64,000 nt of DNA from a virus, in the IMG/VR virus record IMGVR_UViG_3300018080_008418. One strand, 5' to 3'. Under the pieces are notes generated by a model. It made no database searches, was not told where the DNA came from, and worked only from the letters and a program-made list of their open reading frames with translations. This document shows positions 28,935 through 38,730 of this stretch, piece after piece (positions within the stretch are counted from its first letter, which is position 1; the number at the start of each line of letters is the position of its first letter). The position numbers were made by a program, and so were the translations under genes.

Positions 28935-30473
28935 ATGCCCAATGTTGCAAACTTTCTTATCGAGAGAATTTCCAATGCCGAGGTTCAACATGTCTTTGGA
29001 TGCGCAGACAGGTTGAGCGACACGTTCTTCAAGAACTTTGATGATAAACTAGAATGCATTTGCACCACAGATGAAAACCATGCGGGGATAGCCGCAGATG
29101 CATATTCAAGGGCCAAGGGAGTGGGTTGTGCATGCATATCCGGACAGCGTGGGGCCCTACAAATCTCCAGTGCTGTTGCATGTGCTTATGCGGAGCACTC
29201 TCCTGTTATTGTCGTTGGCTGCATGCCAGATGGTTTAAGCCAGACTGGTGTTTTCAAAAAAATTACATGTGCTCGCACGAGTCTCGCATCTCCCAACACA
29301 GCGGGTTTTGAGATAGATCGTGTGTTGGAAGAGATGCACTATCATAAGCAGCCGGTTTATATTGAATTGCTTGAAAGCGTGGTGAATAAGCCAATAGCCT
29401 ATGATGTCTACAAGCAGGGCACTCCTACAGCACCCGAGACTGTCCAAAAGAATCTCGATGAAGCTTTAGAAGAAGTGGGTGTCATGTTGGCCCAATCAAA
29501 ACGCCCTCTTATTTGGGCGGGTGTTTTAGTGGCTCGCTTCAGCTTGACGAAAGAACTGGAGAAGTTTGTGGCCAAGACGGGCGTGCCAGTGGTGACCACT
29601 CCTTTGAGCAAGTCGGCCATTAGCGAATTGCATGCTTCTTCTGTTGGCGTGTGTATGGAGAAAGCCACACCAGATCACGTTCGAGAGAAGATCGAAGAGT
29701 CGGATTGTGTAATCGTTTTGGGTTCGGTTGACGGCCTGCGGTTCGTAGATCCTGACAAAAGCGTTGTTGCTTCTGTGGGGCATGTGAAGGTGAAAAATCA
29801 TATCTATCCCTCGGTTGGCTTTCAAGATTTTGTGCGGGCTCTGTTGAAGAGGGAGGATTTGCCCGTCATTACCCCTCAGAGAAGCAGCAAGGTGCGTCCG
29901 TCGTTTACGCCTCAGGATGGTCCAATCACAACGCAGCGATTTTTTGAGAAGATAAATTCCATCTTGAATCCCGATTTGGCGGTTGTCGTAGATTGCGGTG
30001 ACAGCCTGTTTGGCGCAATTGATTTGGTGACAGATCATTACCATTTCTTGTGCCCGGCTCATTATAATAACAGCGGTTTCGCCATTCCCGGTGCCTTGGG
30101 GGCACAGTTGGCGCAACCCAAAGTCCGTCCACTTGTGTTGGTGGGCGATGGCTCATTTCAGAAATCATGCAATGAATTGGGAACAATCGCTGGATTGGGT
30201 CTCAATCCCATTGTCTTGGTCCTGAATAACCGCAGCCATGCTAGTTGCAGGCTGTGGAGTAAAAAGGATGTTCCAGAAATCGCCGAATGGAGCTATCATG
30301 ATATGATTCATGTTGTGGGCGGTGACGGCATCAAGGTACAAGAAGAAAAACATTTGGAGACAGCATTGAGTACAGCGTTACTAGACAAACGCAATCTTCA
30401 CATCATCAACGTGATTGTGGACAAGAAGGATATTTCTCCCGCACTAAAGAGGGCGACAGAAGCCGATGATTAA
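28935..30473 (+). CDS. thiamine-pyrophosphate-dependent decarboxylase (pyruvate/indolepyruvate decarboxylase family)
   Basis: N-terminal Pyr domain like PDC; TPP motif LVLVGDGSFQ...LVLNN. Confidence 0.7.
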   Translation: MPNVANFLIERISNAEVQHVFGCADRLSDTFFKNFDDKLECICTTDENHAGIAADAYSRAKGVGCACISGQRGALQISSAVACAYAEHSPVIVVGCMPDGLSQTGVFKKITCARTSLASPNTAGFEIDRVLEEMHYHKQPVYIELLESVVNKPIAYDVYKQGTPTAPETVQKNLDEALEEVGVMLAQSKRPLIWAGVLVARFSLTKELEKFVAKTGVPVVTTPLSKSAISELHASSVGVCMEKATPDHVREKIEESDCVIVLGSVDGLRFVDPDKSVVASVGHVKVKNHIYPSVGFQDFVRALLKREDLPVITPQRSSKVRPSFTPQDGPITTQRFFEKINSILNPDLAVVVDCGDSLFGAIDLVTDHYHFLCPAHYNNSGFAIPGALGAQLAQPKVRPLVLVGDGSFQKSCNELGTIAGLGLNPIVLVLNNRSHASCRLWSKKDVPEIAEWSYHDMIHVVGGDGIKVQEEKHLETALSTALLDKRNLHIINVIVDKKDISPALKRATEADD

Positions 30474-31017
30474 GAAAAAGAACAAGAAGTTCGGCAGCGA
30501 TCAAAAGAAGTATCCCGTTAGAGTCAATGAAAGGATTCGCTGGTCACCAGTGAGGGTGGTGGATGCCAATGGGGAAAATTTGGGTGTTATTCCCACAAAG
30601 GATGCCCAAGCGATGGCACGAAAGCAAGGGCTTGATTTGGTAGAGGTGGCTCCCAATAGTCGCCCGCCAGTTTGTCGCATTATGGATTATGGGAAGTTCA
30701 AGTACGAACAAAGCATTCGGGAGAAGAAGCAGAGTCAGGGGAACGCCCCAAAGATGAAAGAACTCAAACTCTCCCCGGCTATCGATTCCCATGATCTAGA
30801 GACGAAGTTGGGGATGGCCAAGAAGTTCTTGGAAGCAGGCCATAAGGTCCACTTCCGCCTTCAATTCCGCAAGCGACAAATAGCTCATAAGGACCGAGGC
30901 TTTGATGTAATGAAGAAGGTGGTTGAGGAGTTGGGTGACATAGGAAATGCCACTCAAAAGCCTCAACTAGAGGGCAGGGTGATAACCTGTATGATTGAGC
31001 CGATGAAAGCCAAATGA
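30466..31017 (+). CDS. infC: translation initiation factor IF-3
   Basis: alignable along full length with bacterial IF3 (VRV.D..G..LGV....A...A...GLDLVE..PN..PPVCRIMDYGKFKYE...). Confidence 0.85.
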   Translation: MIKKKNKKFGSDQKKYPVRVNERIRWSPVRVVDANGENLGVIPTKDAQAMARKQGLDLVEVAPNSRPPVCRIMDYGKFKYEQSIREKKQSQGNAPKMKELKLSPAIDSHDLETKLGMAKKFLEAGHKVHFRLQFRKRQIAHKDRGFDVMKKVVEELGDIGNATQKPQLEGRVITCMIEPMKAK

Positions 31018-31018
31018 G

Positions 31019-32191
31019 ATGAACAAATTGCCAGGGATTGAGGCGGTCCAAGAGAAGATCATAGAGGGTATTTTTGCTCCTGTTGGTCCGGTGCCTCAAA
31101 AACAACTAGAGGGCATTCTGTGGGAGATCTCCAAGGTAGACGAGGAGATGGCGGTCCTGGCATTTGGCAAGTTGGGGAAACGATTGCGTGATTTTGCTCT
31201 CGTGGTAGATAAAGATCACCCCGACCTTCAATCGGTTTTCGATGGTGAGCTTGCGCCTGATGGTGCGATTTCTAAAAGGTTTTGCGAAATTCTTCGGCTG
31301 TGCCAACATGCCAAAGAGCAGGGGATGACAGAAGTCTTTCCCCATCTGAGCAAAGCTTCTTCTTATGCTCTCCCAAAAGAGTTGAAGTCCATTGATGACC
31401 CCAGGAGGGTGAATCGTTGGATTCGTCTTTTGCGAAGTGAAAAGTTCAAGGCTAGAGAAACGAAGCAGCCCCAAGAAGTGTTTGTTGACCGTCGCCGTTT
31501 ATCGCAGATGTGGGATGCGGTGCCTGATGATTTCGGCATGTTTATGAGATACGATGAGCAATATCGTAATGAAATGAAGATTGCAGAAGAGCAGGCTCGA
31601 CGCTACGAAGAGTTGGGGTGCCCCTCAAATGCTAAGGTGATTCGTGAAGAGATAGAAAAATTCGGCAACCGCTTCAGTCATTGTTATCATGGTTTTCATC
31701 GTATTACGGTTATGGAAGCGGCGCTCATTCTTGCTAAAATGCATGGTGCTAAGTTGGCGCTTGATAAATTGCGGCTGGGTAGCTCGGAGCCGCCCTATGT
31801 TGAATTCGATCAATTTTCTTCTTGGGGCTTAAAGAAATTTGTGCGGGCGGGCATTTCGCCGAGGGAGCTAAGGAAGGGTGAAGCTGGTTACAAACCTATG
31901 GTCTATCCGGCCCATTCGGTTCCAGTACCCAGCGACAAGATGGTGGAGGTGCTCGATTATTTGGAGGGTTACCCTGGGTTGAACAGGCGGTCTCTTTTCG
32001 ACCACGCTTTGGTCGTGTGGCCCGAGGTGGACCTGAGCACCCACTTTAAGTTGTATGAGCGACAGGATGAGAGGGTTTGGGATGTGTTCCAGAGAGAGTG
32101 CTACGATCATCTTGTCCAGCAGAGGGAATTGGTTCCGGTTTTGCTGGGCGAGAGAGATGGGAAGTGTTATTTCATATGCTATTGGATGTAA
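31019..32191 (+). CDS. hypothetical protein
   Basis: 390 aa. Confidence 0.45.
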   Translation: MNKLPGIEAVQEKIIEGIFAPVGPVPQKQLEGILWEISKVDEEMAVLAFGKLGKRLRDFALVVDKDHPDLQSVFDGELAPDGAISKRFCEILRLCQHAKEQGMTEVFPHLSKASSYALPKELKSIDDPRRVNRWIRLLRSEKFKARETKQPQEVFVDRRRLSQMWDAVPDDFGMFMRYDEQYRNEMKIAEEQARRYEELGCPSNAKVIREEIEKFGNRFSHCYHGFHRITVMEAALILAKMHGAKLALDKLRLGSSEPPYVEFDQFSSWGLKKFVRAGISPRELRKGEAGYKPMVYPAHSVPVPSDKMVEVLDYLEGYPGLNRRSLFDHALVVWPEVDLSTHFKLYERQDERVWDVFQRECYDHLVQQRELVPVLLGERDGKCYFICYWM

Positions 32192-32527
32192 ATGATGAAA
32201 GAATATAGGGTGGGCGAAGAGGATCTTTTCGAGCTTTTGTGTCAAGCGTATCAGGAGGGGTACGAGGGCTATAAGGAGATGGGCGAAAGCGTGGCCCGTA
32301 AGCTTGCAAAGAGGTTTCTAAAGAGCAAAAAAGAAGCAAAGGCAGAGTTGTCGAAGGGTGATGTTTTAGAAAGCAGCGTGATTTTGGATGGTGGCGGACA
32401 CCAGTGGCATGTCGGCGAGGGGGCCCAAGTCACCTTTGTGGCTGACAGTCATTCTCAACCAGATGGAGAAATTATTCTTCCCAACACTACCTTAAACTCA
32501 TGGGACACCTTAGGTATTGAGGAGTAA
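32192..32527 (+). CDS. hypothetical protein
   Basis: 111 aa. Confidence 0.4.
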   Translation: MMKEYRVGEEDLFELLCQAYQEGYEGYKEMGESVARKLAKRFLKSKKEAKAELSKGDVLESSVILDGGGHQWHVGEGAQVTFVADSHSQPDGEIILPNTTLNSWDTLGIEE

Positions 32528-32529
32528 AT

Positions 32530-32886
32530 ATGAGAAAGGTAGTGGATTGTAACCCGGTGGGGTTTACCATTTTAGTGGAGCTTTTGACATCGCAGGAAGT
32601 GTTGGGGACAAGAATTCACGTGGGCGGTGACCAGAAGGTGGGCGCACCGCAGGCGTATATCAGGAAGATTGGTCCGTTTGTCAAAGAGGATAAGGATTAC
32701 AACTTCGAGGTGGGTGACAGGGTTCTGCTCTCTGGCAACTACACCCCTGTCCCGGACATGGAAGGCAAAGGCGAAAACGAAAGAACGTTCGGTATCGTCG
32801 AGCCACATGCCATCAAGGCCGTCTTGTCAGAAGGCGAAGAAGTACCCGAACTAGCAATTGCCCAGAACAAGCTCATTGTTGAATAA
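32530..32886 (+). CDS. GroES-like co-chaperonin (tentative)
   Basis: ~118 aa, beta-rich, VGDRVL motif and position directly upstream of dnaJ; weak. Confidence 0.3.
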   Translation: MRKVVDCNPVGFTILVELLTSQEVLGTRIHVGGDQKVGAPQAYIRKIGPFVKEDKDYNFEVGDRVLLSGNYTPVPDMEGKGENERTFGIVEPHAIKAVLSEGEEVPELAIAQNKLIVE

Positions 32887-33938
32887 TGGACTACTATGAC
32901 ATCCTGGGTGTTAAGAAAGATGCCACGCAGGATGACATCAGTAAGGCGTATCGTCAGAAGGCGATGCGATACCACCCAGATGTCAGCAAGGAAGAGGGAG
33001 CTTCCGAGAAGTTCAAGGAAATTGCTGAGGCGTATGAAGTTCTTAACGACCCGCAGAAAAGAGATCAGTATGACCGCTATGGAACGGTAGGCGCTGCCGG
33101 TCCATCTGCGGGTGGCTTTGATCCGTTTGAGATATTCAACCGGATGCGTCGTGGCCACGGGCGCAGTCGCAAGAGAGGTAGGGACAGGCTTGTTGAAGCC
33201 GAGCTTTCTTTTGAGGAGGCTGTGGCTGGTTGTAACAAAGACATCAAGGTTACCTACAAGGATGCCTGTGAGAAGTGCAAAGGGACCGGTGTCAAGACAT
33301 GGAAGAATTGTGAGACCTGCCAAGGCCGAGGCCGTCAAACCATTCAACAGAGTCCATTCATTCTTGAAGTAGGCTGCACAGCTTGCGGAGGGCATGGACG
33401 GATGCCCGATGAGAAATGTGCAGAATGTAATGGTGATGGTCTAAAAAAGGCAAGGGAAGAAACGGTTACGGTTAAAATTCCCGCAGGTGTTGATACCGGC
33501 ATGCAGGTGCGACTGCTCGGTCTCGGCGATTTCGATTCTACCAATTCTGTACGTGGCGACCTCTACGTCACTCTTAAAATCCAACCACATGAATTTTTCA
33601 CCAGGGAAGGTGTGGATTTGTGGTGTCGTGTTTACGTTCCATACACCAAGTTGGTTCTCGGAACTAAGTTGGATGTTCCCACTTTGGATAAAGTGGTGGA
33701 AGTGAAAATTCCACCAAATACATCGCCGGGCACGAAGCTGCGGTTGAAAGGCCATGGATTGCCGGATATTCATCGTCCAAACCGCCTCGGTGACATCATG
33801 ATTATTGTGGATTTGGACATGCCAAAAGCCAAAGGGGATTACAAAAAGAAGTTGAGAGAACTATCTACATTGGAGGATGAATTCCTCTCGCCACAGCGAG
33901 AGGAATTTAATAACTATGTGGAGCGTATAAGACGATGA
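32886..33938 (+). CDS. dnaJ: DnaJ (Hsp40) co-chaperone
   Basis: J-domain YYDILGV...HPD; four CxxCxGxG zinc-finger repeats. Confidence 0.8.
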   Translation: MDYYDILGVKKDATQDDISKAYRQKAMRYHPDVSKEEGASEKFKEIAEAYEVLNDPQKRDQYDRYGTVGAAGPSAGGFDPFEIFNRMRRGHGRSRKRGRDRLVEAELSFEEAVAGCNKDIKVTYKDACEKCKGTGVKTWKNCETCQGRGRQTIQQSPFILEVGCTACGGHGRMPDEKCAECNGDGLKKAREETVTVKIPAGVDTGMQVRLLGLGDFDSTNSVRGDLYVTLKIQPHEFFTREGVDLWCRVYVPYTKLVLGTKLDVPTLDKVVEVKIPPNTSPGTKLRLKGHGLPDIHRPNRLGDIMIIVDLDMPKAKGDYKKKLRELSTLEDEFLSPQREEFNNYVERIRR

Positions 33939-34237
33939 ACCTAAATAACATTCCCAATGACAAGATGATGATGTACGGGCTGATTGCAGGGTGCGTGGCC
34001 TTATTCCTTTCTTTTGCAATTGCTGCGGTAGGCATGAAAGCCATTACGAATAGCACAACCGATGCCGTCATTGAAAAGTTGCAGAGATATACGCCCGGCC
34101 CTTACCATCCAGCGTTTGATCCAGATAAGGTAAGTCCTGATCTCTGGCGTCAGGGGCAAGGGCAACAACCGTCACCTCAGCAACCTAACGACCCAAATGA
34201 TCCGTGGCACGATAATTGGACAAAGTTGAGGCACTAG
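33935..34237 (+). CDS. small membrane protein
   Basis: one TM helix, Q/P-rich tail. Confidence 0.4.
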   Translation: MNLNNIPNDKMMMYGLIAGCVALFLSFAIAAVGMKAITNSTTDAVIEKLQRYTPGPYHPAFDPDKVSPDLWRQGQGQQPSPQQPNDPNDPWHDNWTKLRH

Positions 34238-34641
34238 TGACAGCGGCAGCTTAGTATCTGCGATGTTTCTTCTTTTCCGGCTTTGGGGTTTCTTTGGAAA
34301 GTGACCGTTAGCTGTTTGCCACGCTCCGGTTCAGACCCTTCAATTCTCTTGAATTGATCCCAACTGAAATGCAATTTAGTCCCGTCTTGGAGCATTACCA
34401 GGATGGGATTTTTGTTGCGCTCTACGAATGCCACGGTGCTTGTTCGGCTGACTGTCGGAATTGCGAAGTCTAGGCTGGGCAGCCATTGGGGGTGCCCCAA
34501 CATCGCTTTGGTTGGGTCTTGTTCACTTCCTGTTTGGTCTGATCCCAAGTAGGCACCACCTGTTTGCACGAAGCCGCTACCCGGCCCGTCGTTGTGATAG
34601 CCTACTGTATTCTGCTCTAAGAACTCTCGGAAAGTCAACAT
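34234..34641 (-). CDS. hypothetical protein
   Basis: 135 aa minus-strand ORF. Confidence 0.35.
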   Translation of the reverse strand: MLTFREFLEQNTVGYHNDGPGSGFVQTGGAYLGSDQTGSEQDPTKAMLGHPQWLPSLDFAIPTVSRTSTVAFVERNKNPILVMLQDGTKLHFSWDQFKRIEGSEPERGKQLTVTFQRNPKAGKEETSQILSCRCH

Positions 34642-34688
34642 GGTCCACTCTATATTAGGTTACAAGTATTTATGCGAGAGGATCTTAA

Positions 34689-34931
34689 ATGCCAGAGAAA
34701 TTGAATGTCAAGGTATCGGCACCTGAAAACAAGAAGGATATTCCGCCCATTCAGATAAAACCTGATCTTCGAGGGGTTATCAATTGGATACGAGCCAAGA
34801 ATTTAGAACCCACTTTAGAGAAGGCGATGATTAAGAAGGTCCAACGATGGCCCCATCAGGCCCTAATGAAATTCGTGGAAACTTTTCAGGATCATGTTAT
34901 TAAGGTCCAGGAGAAGAGAAATAGCCAATGA
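34689..34931 (+). CDS. hypothetical protein
   Basis: 80 aa. Confidence 0.35.
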   Translation: MPEKLNVKVSAPENKKDIPPIQIKPDLRGVINWIRAKNLEPTLEKAMIKKVQRWPHQALMKFVETFQDHVIKVQEKRNSQ

Positions 34932-34960
34932 TTACTCTCCTATAGCAAAGGAGAATATTC

Positions 34961-35443
34961 ATGGCCAAGAAAAAGTCAAAGAGGAAGGGGCAAGCAAGTA
35001 CCGTACTGCCTCCGTCTCCCGCTAAGGATTATGAAGCCCCAAAACTTCATACCGTGGCTACGAAGATAGTTGTAGACGAAGAGATGTTTGTCCCGCAGTA
35101 TGCGCCTGATGCATCCAGCGCAACTCTCGTGGCTAATCTAGCCCCAGATCATGCTGGTGAAAAACGAGTGACACTTCCGCACCGTGCTACTGTCGAGGTG
35201 GATTGCGGCGTATCTATCGAACTTCCTGCCAGTTTTCGTGTGGTCGTAAGAGCATTGCCCGCCTTGGCCAACAAGGGTCTTACCATCAACGAGAGTCCAC
35301 ACATTATTGACAAGTCGAATCAGGGCAGAATTCGTCCGATGGTAACTAATGTAGGGAAAGAGATTATCGTTATCAACCACGGCGATCCAATTGCCGAGAT
35401 GTATATCGAACCAGTTTATCAGTTTGATTGGATAATGGAATGA
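34961..35443 (+). CDS. dUTPase/dCTP-deaminase-fold protein
   Basis: ALANKGLTINESPHIID..GRIRPMVTNVGKEIIVINHGDPIAEMYIEPV resembles dUTPase motifs 2-4 but the DY of motif 3 is absent. Confidence 0.45.
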   Translation: MAKKKSKRKGQASTVLPPSPAKDYEAPKLHTVATKIVVDEEMFVPQYAPDASSATLVANLAPDHAGEKRVTLPHRATVEVDCGVSIELPASFRVVVRALPALANKGLTINESPHIIDKSNQGRIRPMVTNVGKEIIVINHGDPIAEMYIEPVYQFDWIME

Positions 35444-35676
35444 CAGTTTTCGCAGTAATCACAATTGCTCGGCAGATAGAGGGTGAATACGTTTTCATAA
35501 AAACGGAAAAAGCTTTCAAGTCGGCGGGTAAGGCAGATGCTCTTCTCCAAAAGTTGAAGAAGAACTATTCCACCCTAGATGGCAAGGTGAAGCCTGTGAA
35601 GATTTCCACGCCGCAAGGAGATGCAGAGTGTTTCTGCGAGGTGGGCGCTTTTGAATTGGAAGTGGTGGACGAATGA
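35428..35676 (+). CDS. hypothetical protein
   Basis: 82 aa. Confidence 0.35.
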   Translation: MDNGMTVFAVITIARQIEGEYVFIKTEKAFKSAGKADALLQKLKKNYSTLDGKVKPVKISTPQGDAECFCEVGAFELEVVDE

Positions 35677-35713
35677 AAGAGCACTTATCTAGAGTCACAA
35701 TAAAGGAGACATA

Positions 35714-36469
35714 ATGGCAGACACAATTACTCCTCACAATCCTCTGGAAGGGGAAAAACCGGAGTTGAATATAAACCTGCACGATGGAAGCGAAGAACAA
35801 GTTTCAATCATTGTTGTTCACAAGGATCGGCCCGAATACTTAAACATTTGCCTCCAATCCATAGCAGTCACCAGCTACAATAACAACTACGAGATCATCG
35901 TGGTTGACAACGGTTCTGGGCAAGACAGCCAGGAATTCCTTGAAGAGGTAGCTGGCGAGGTGAAAGTGGTTCGCAATGAGAAGAACCTCTATTGGGCGGC
36001 AGCGTGCAACAAAGGTGCAGAAGCAGCGGACAAGAATTCCAAATATCTCATCTTTCTTCATTGCGACGTGGTTATCACCAACCCCGCTTGGATCGATTTG
36101 TTAATCAATGTGTCTGAGGCGCAGGCAACCGGCATGGTAGGCGTGGAACTTCAGTCCTATTTCATGCAGCAGCAGAAGGTGGACTTTGTTCAGGAATATT
36201 GCCTGTTGGTAAGCCGAGAGTGTTGGGAAGGCATTGGCCCTTGGCCTGAGGAACTGCCCCAGGTAGGCCCGGCCTTCATTTTCACAGTTCGAGCCCAGCA
36301 AGCTGGTTTTAAGCCCCAGGTAATGCGGAACCCCATTTGCCACCACTACCGAATCTTTAGCCTGGACATCAATGAATATGAGAAGTTGACCGAGCAGGCA
36401 ATGGTGACCATTCCCAAGTTGCTTAGAGATTTGCAGAGTACGGCTGTTCCACCCGCAGCCGTAAGTTGA
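35714..36469 (+). CDS. family-2 glycosyltransferase
   Basis: IIVVHKDRPEYL...EIIVVDNGS GT2 signature. Confidence 0.7.
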   Translation: MADTITPHNPLEGEKPELNINLHDGSEEQVSIIVVHKDRPEYLNICLQSIAVTSYNNNYEIIVVDNGSGQDSQEFLEEVAGEVKVVRNEKNLYWAAACNKGAEAADKNSKYLIFLHCDVVITNPAWIDLLINVSEAQATGMVGVELQSYFMQQQKVDFVQEYCLLVSRECWEGIGPWPEELPQVGPAFIFTVRAQQAGFKPQVMRNPICHHYRIFSLDINEYEKLTEQAMVTIPKLLRDLQSTAVPPAAVS

Positions 36470-36480
36470 TGCAAAGAAAA

Positions 36481-36510
36481 AACCCACCCGGCTGAGCCGG
36501 GTGGGTTTTG
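36481..36510. terminator. bidirectional rho-independent terminator
   Basis: AACCCACCCGGC-TGAG-CCGGGTGGGTT flanked by A-run and T-run between convergent genes. Confidence 0.65.
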
Positions 36511-36512
36511 AT

Positions 36513-37346
36513 TTAGCCTCGCCCTTCTTTCATCCGCTCTTCCCAGTGGGCCACCAATTCCTCGGCGGCTACGTTCCCACGTATGTTTATAAATTGCTTA
36601 GCAAATTCCTTTTTGATTCTTACTCGATCTAGGGCGCTGAAGTAGGCTCCCAGTTCGATCTCAATATCCTTAAATTCTACAATAGGTGCATGGGCCTGGG
36701 GGATGCCCAGGGTTTCGTGGTGGTCACGTCGTCGGATGTAGTCCTGTCTCTGACTGAGACTCATGCCATCCCACCAATTTTGGAAGGCAATGGATTCTCG
36801 GTATTCTCTTTCTCCGATCAGTTCGTCGATATGGTCGAGAATTCTCTTTTCCTCCAATTCTAGCCTGTGGAGGTAGTAATCAGCGGATACTCTCCATTCA
36901 TCGACGGTTTCGTATTTGCGGCCACGGATGACCATGTGAGGGTCTTCTTTTGGCGGCAGGACACCTTTGGCGATCAATTCGGCTTCTCTTTCCTTGAGGG
37001 CGTGTCTGCGTTCGGCGTCGTCTAGTTTTTTCTCCCATCTGTCGAGATGGTTTTCAGAACGGATGCGTTCGGCATAATCATCCTGAATTTTCCAATTCGT
37101 GCGAATTCGTTGGTCTTCGTTCTCAATGTACTGTTTGCGGGCGACTTCTGATTCGATCATGTAGTTTCCTACACTGTCTAGGTAGTCGCCAACACCTCTC
37201 CACCAGCGGCTCCAGCCGGTCAAAATGCCTTCTTCGGCTGTGCTGGCGTGTCGATAAGTGGGCCGTTCATAGTACCATGGGCCTCCTGCAAATGCGGTGC
37301 TGCACAAGGAGCCCAATACCATAACGGCGATGAGTGTATATTTCAT
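36513..37346 (-). CDS. secreted protein (hypothetical)
   Basis: start trimmed to MKYTLIAVMVLGSLCSTAFA signal peptide. Confidence 0.45.
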   Translation of the reverse strand: MKYTLIAVMVLGSLCSTAFAGGPWYYERPTYRHASTAEEGILTGWSRWWRGVGDYLDSVGNYMIESEVARKQYIENEDQRIRTNWKIQDDYAERIRSENHLDRWEKKLDDAERRHALKEREAELIAKGVLPPKEDPHMVIRGRKYETVDEWRVSADYYLHRLELEEKRILDHIDELIGEREYRESIAFQNWWDGMSLSQRQDYIRRRDHHETLGIPQAHAPIVEFKDIEIELGAYFSALDRVRIKKEFAKQFINIRGNVAAEELVAHWEERMKEGRG

Positions 37347-37391
37347 CTTTCCTCCATTGTGATTATTCTTGGGCCACAGGTATATACAGTT

Positions 37392-37583
37392 ATGAAGCGC
37401 AAGACGTTTGAGGATTATGTTAAGGAGCAAGAAATCATCACTACGCCCTCTGACCCACGGGGGACGCTGGAGGACATTATGGGTTTCTTGAACAGTCTGG
37501 AACCCAAGGATGTGGCCGACTGCCAAGACCTTTTAATCGAGCTTCAGAAGGTTTTGAATAGCATTATGAGTGGAGGGGAGTAG
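37392..37583 (+). CDS. hypothetical small protein
   Basis: internal Met of ORF 37248..; avoids overlap with divergent gene. Confidence 0.3.
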   Translation: MKRKTFEDYVKEQEIITTPSDPRGTLEDIMGFLNSLEPKDVADCQDLLIELQKVLNSIMSGGE

Positions 37584-37585
37584 TT

Positions 37586-38242
37586 ATGGCTGGGGAGCGA
37601 CATTATCGTGCCTGGGTAGGTCCGCCAAAAAGATACGATATTGCCGGTGCTCAACAATTCAGCCTACTCACCAACTGTTTGGGCCTGCGAGAGGGCCACA
37701 CGGTTCTGGACATTGGGTGTGGATCTCTGAGGCTTGGCAGATTTCTTATTGTTTATCTGCGGGCTGGTCATTACTTTGGAGTTGAGCCAGAGGAGTGGCT
37801 GGTTAAAGATGGTTTGCAAGAGAATCTAGGCCAAGATCTGGTCGAGAAGAAGAAGCCTAGAATTATTCACAATGCGGAATTCGATTTTGATTTTGATGGG
37901 CAGAAGTTTAATTACATAATCGCTCAGTCTGTATTTTCTCACGCATCGCTCCCTCAGGTGGGGGCGTGTATGGATTCGGCAAAGGAGGCTCTTGTTGAGC
38001 CGGATGGCATCTTTGTGTTTAATGTTGGTTACGGCAAGAAGGATTACCTTGGCAAAGAGTGGGCGTATCCCAAATGCGTTAAGTATAGGCGGTCAACAAT
38101 AGAGGCTGAAGTCGAGAGGCGGGGTATGGTGTATAGGCACATCATTGTTCCCCTTTCTTCTAAGGCAGAGTGGACCATAGTGGCGTTTAATCAAAAAGCC
38201 ATTGACAAAAAAGTGGGTTGGATGTCTAAGGTGGTGACATGA
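37586..38242 (+). CDS. class I SAM-dependent methyltransferase
   Basis: VLDIGCGSLRLG motif I. Confidence 0.6.
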   Translation: MAGERHYRAWVGPPKRYDIAGAQQFSLLTNCLGLREGHTVLDIGCGSLRLGRFLIVYLRAGHYFGVEPEEWLVKDGLQENLGQDLVEKKKPRIIHNAEFDFDFDGQKFNYIIAQSVFSHASLPQVGACMDSAKEALVEPDGIFVFNVGYGKKDYLGKEWAYPKCVKYRRSTIEAEVERRGMVYRHIIVPLSSKAEWTIVAFNQKAIDKKVGWMSKVVT

Positions 38243-38730
38243 ATTTTAGAACGTGGTTTGAGTCCACAGTCAAGTTTGCTGATATACAAGATGCGATCCA
38301 GAAGACTCTGGAATTTGTGGTGGATGACGGTCGCTGGAAGTTCGAGCCCAAGCCATACGGCATGAGTGGCATAAAGACCGTGACTGTTGCGGGGCATTTC
38401 TATTGCAGTAAGGGTCATTTCTTCTTGACCGCCAACACCGTAGATGGGGCTATTGACTCTTATGATTCCGTCACTGGCGACATTGACGGCAACTCCAAGA
38501 TAGAGATCATAGGGTCTTTGGCAATCATTTCAGACAACAACCCCAATGGCCGTCGTCTCATGAAGGTTGCTGAGCGCAGCAACACGACGAAGGGTGGCCG
38601 GTTGCATACCCCCTATGAATTAGCCAATTGGGTCAAAAGCGTGATTGATGGCTGGCACCCAGGTGGTGACGATGAAGATGATGATGCACCGGTTCCAGAT
38701 CCAGTAGACAATCAGTTGGTGGGAGTATGA
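38239..38730 (+). CDS. hypothetical protein (NFRTW family)
   Basis: N-terminus MNFRTWFES. Confidence 0.45.
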   Translation: MNFRTWFESTVKFADIQDAIQKTLEFVVDDGRWKFEPKPYGMSGIKTVTVAGHFYCSKGHFFLTANTVDGAIDSYDSVTGDIDGNSKIEIIGSLAIISDNNPNGRRLMKVAERSNTTKGGRLHTPYELANWVKSVIDGWHPGGDDEDDDAPVPDPVDNQLVGV

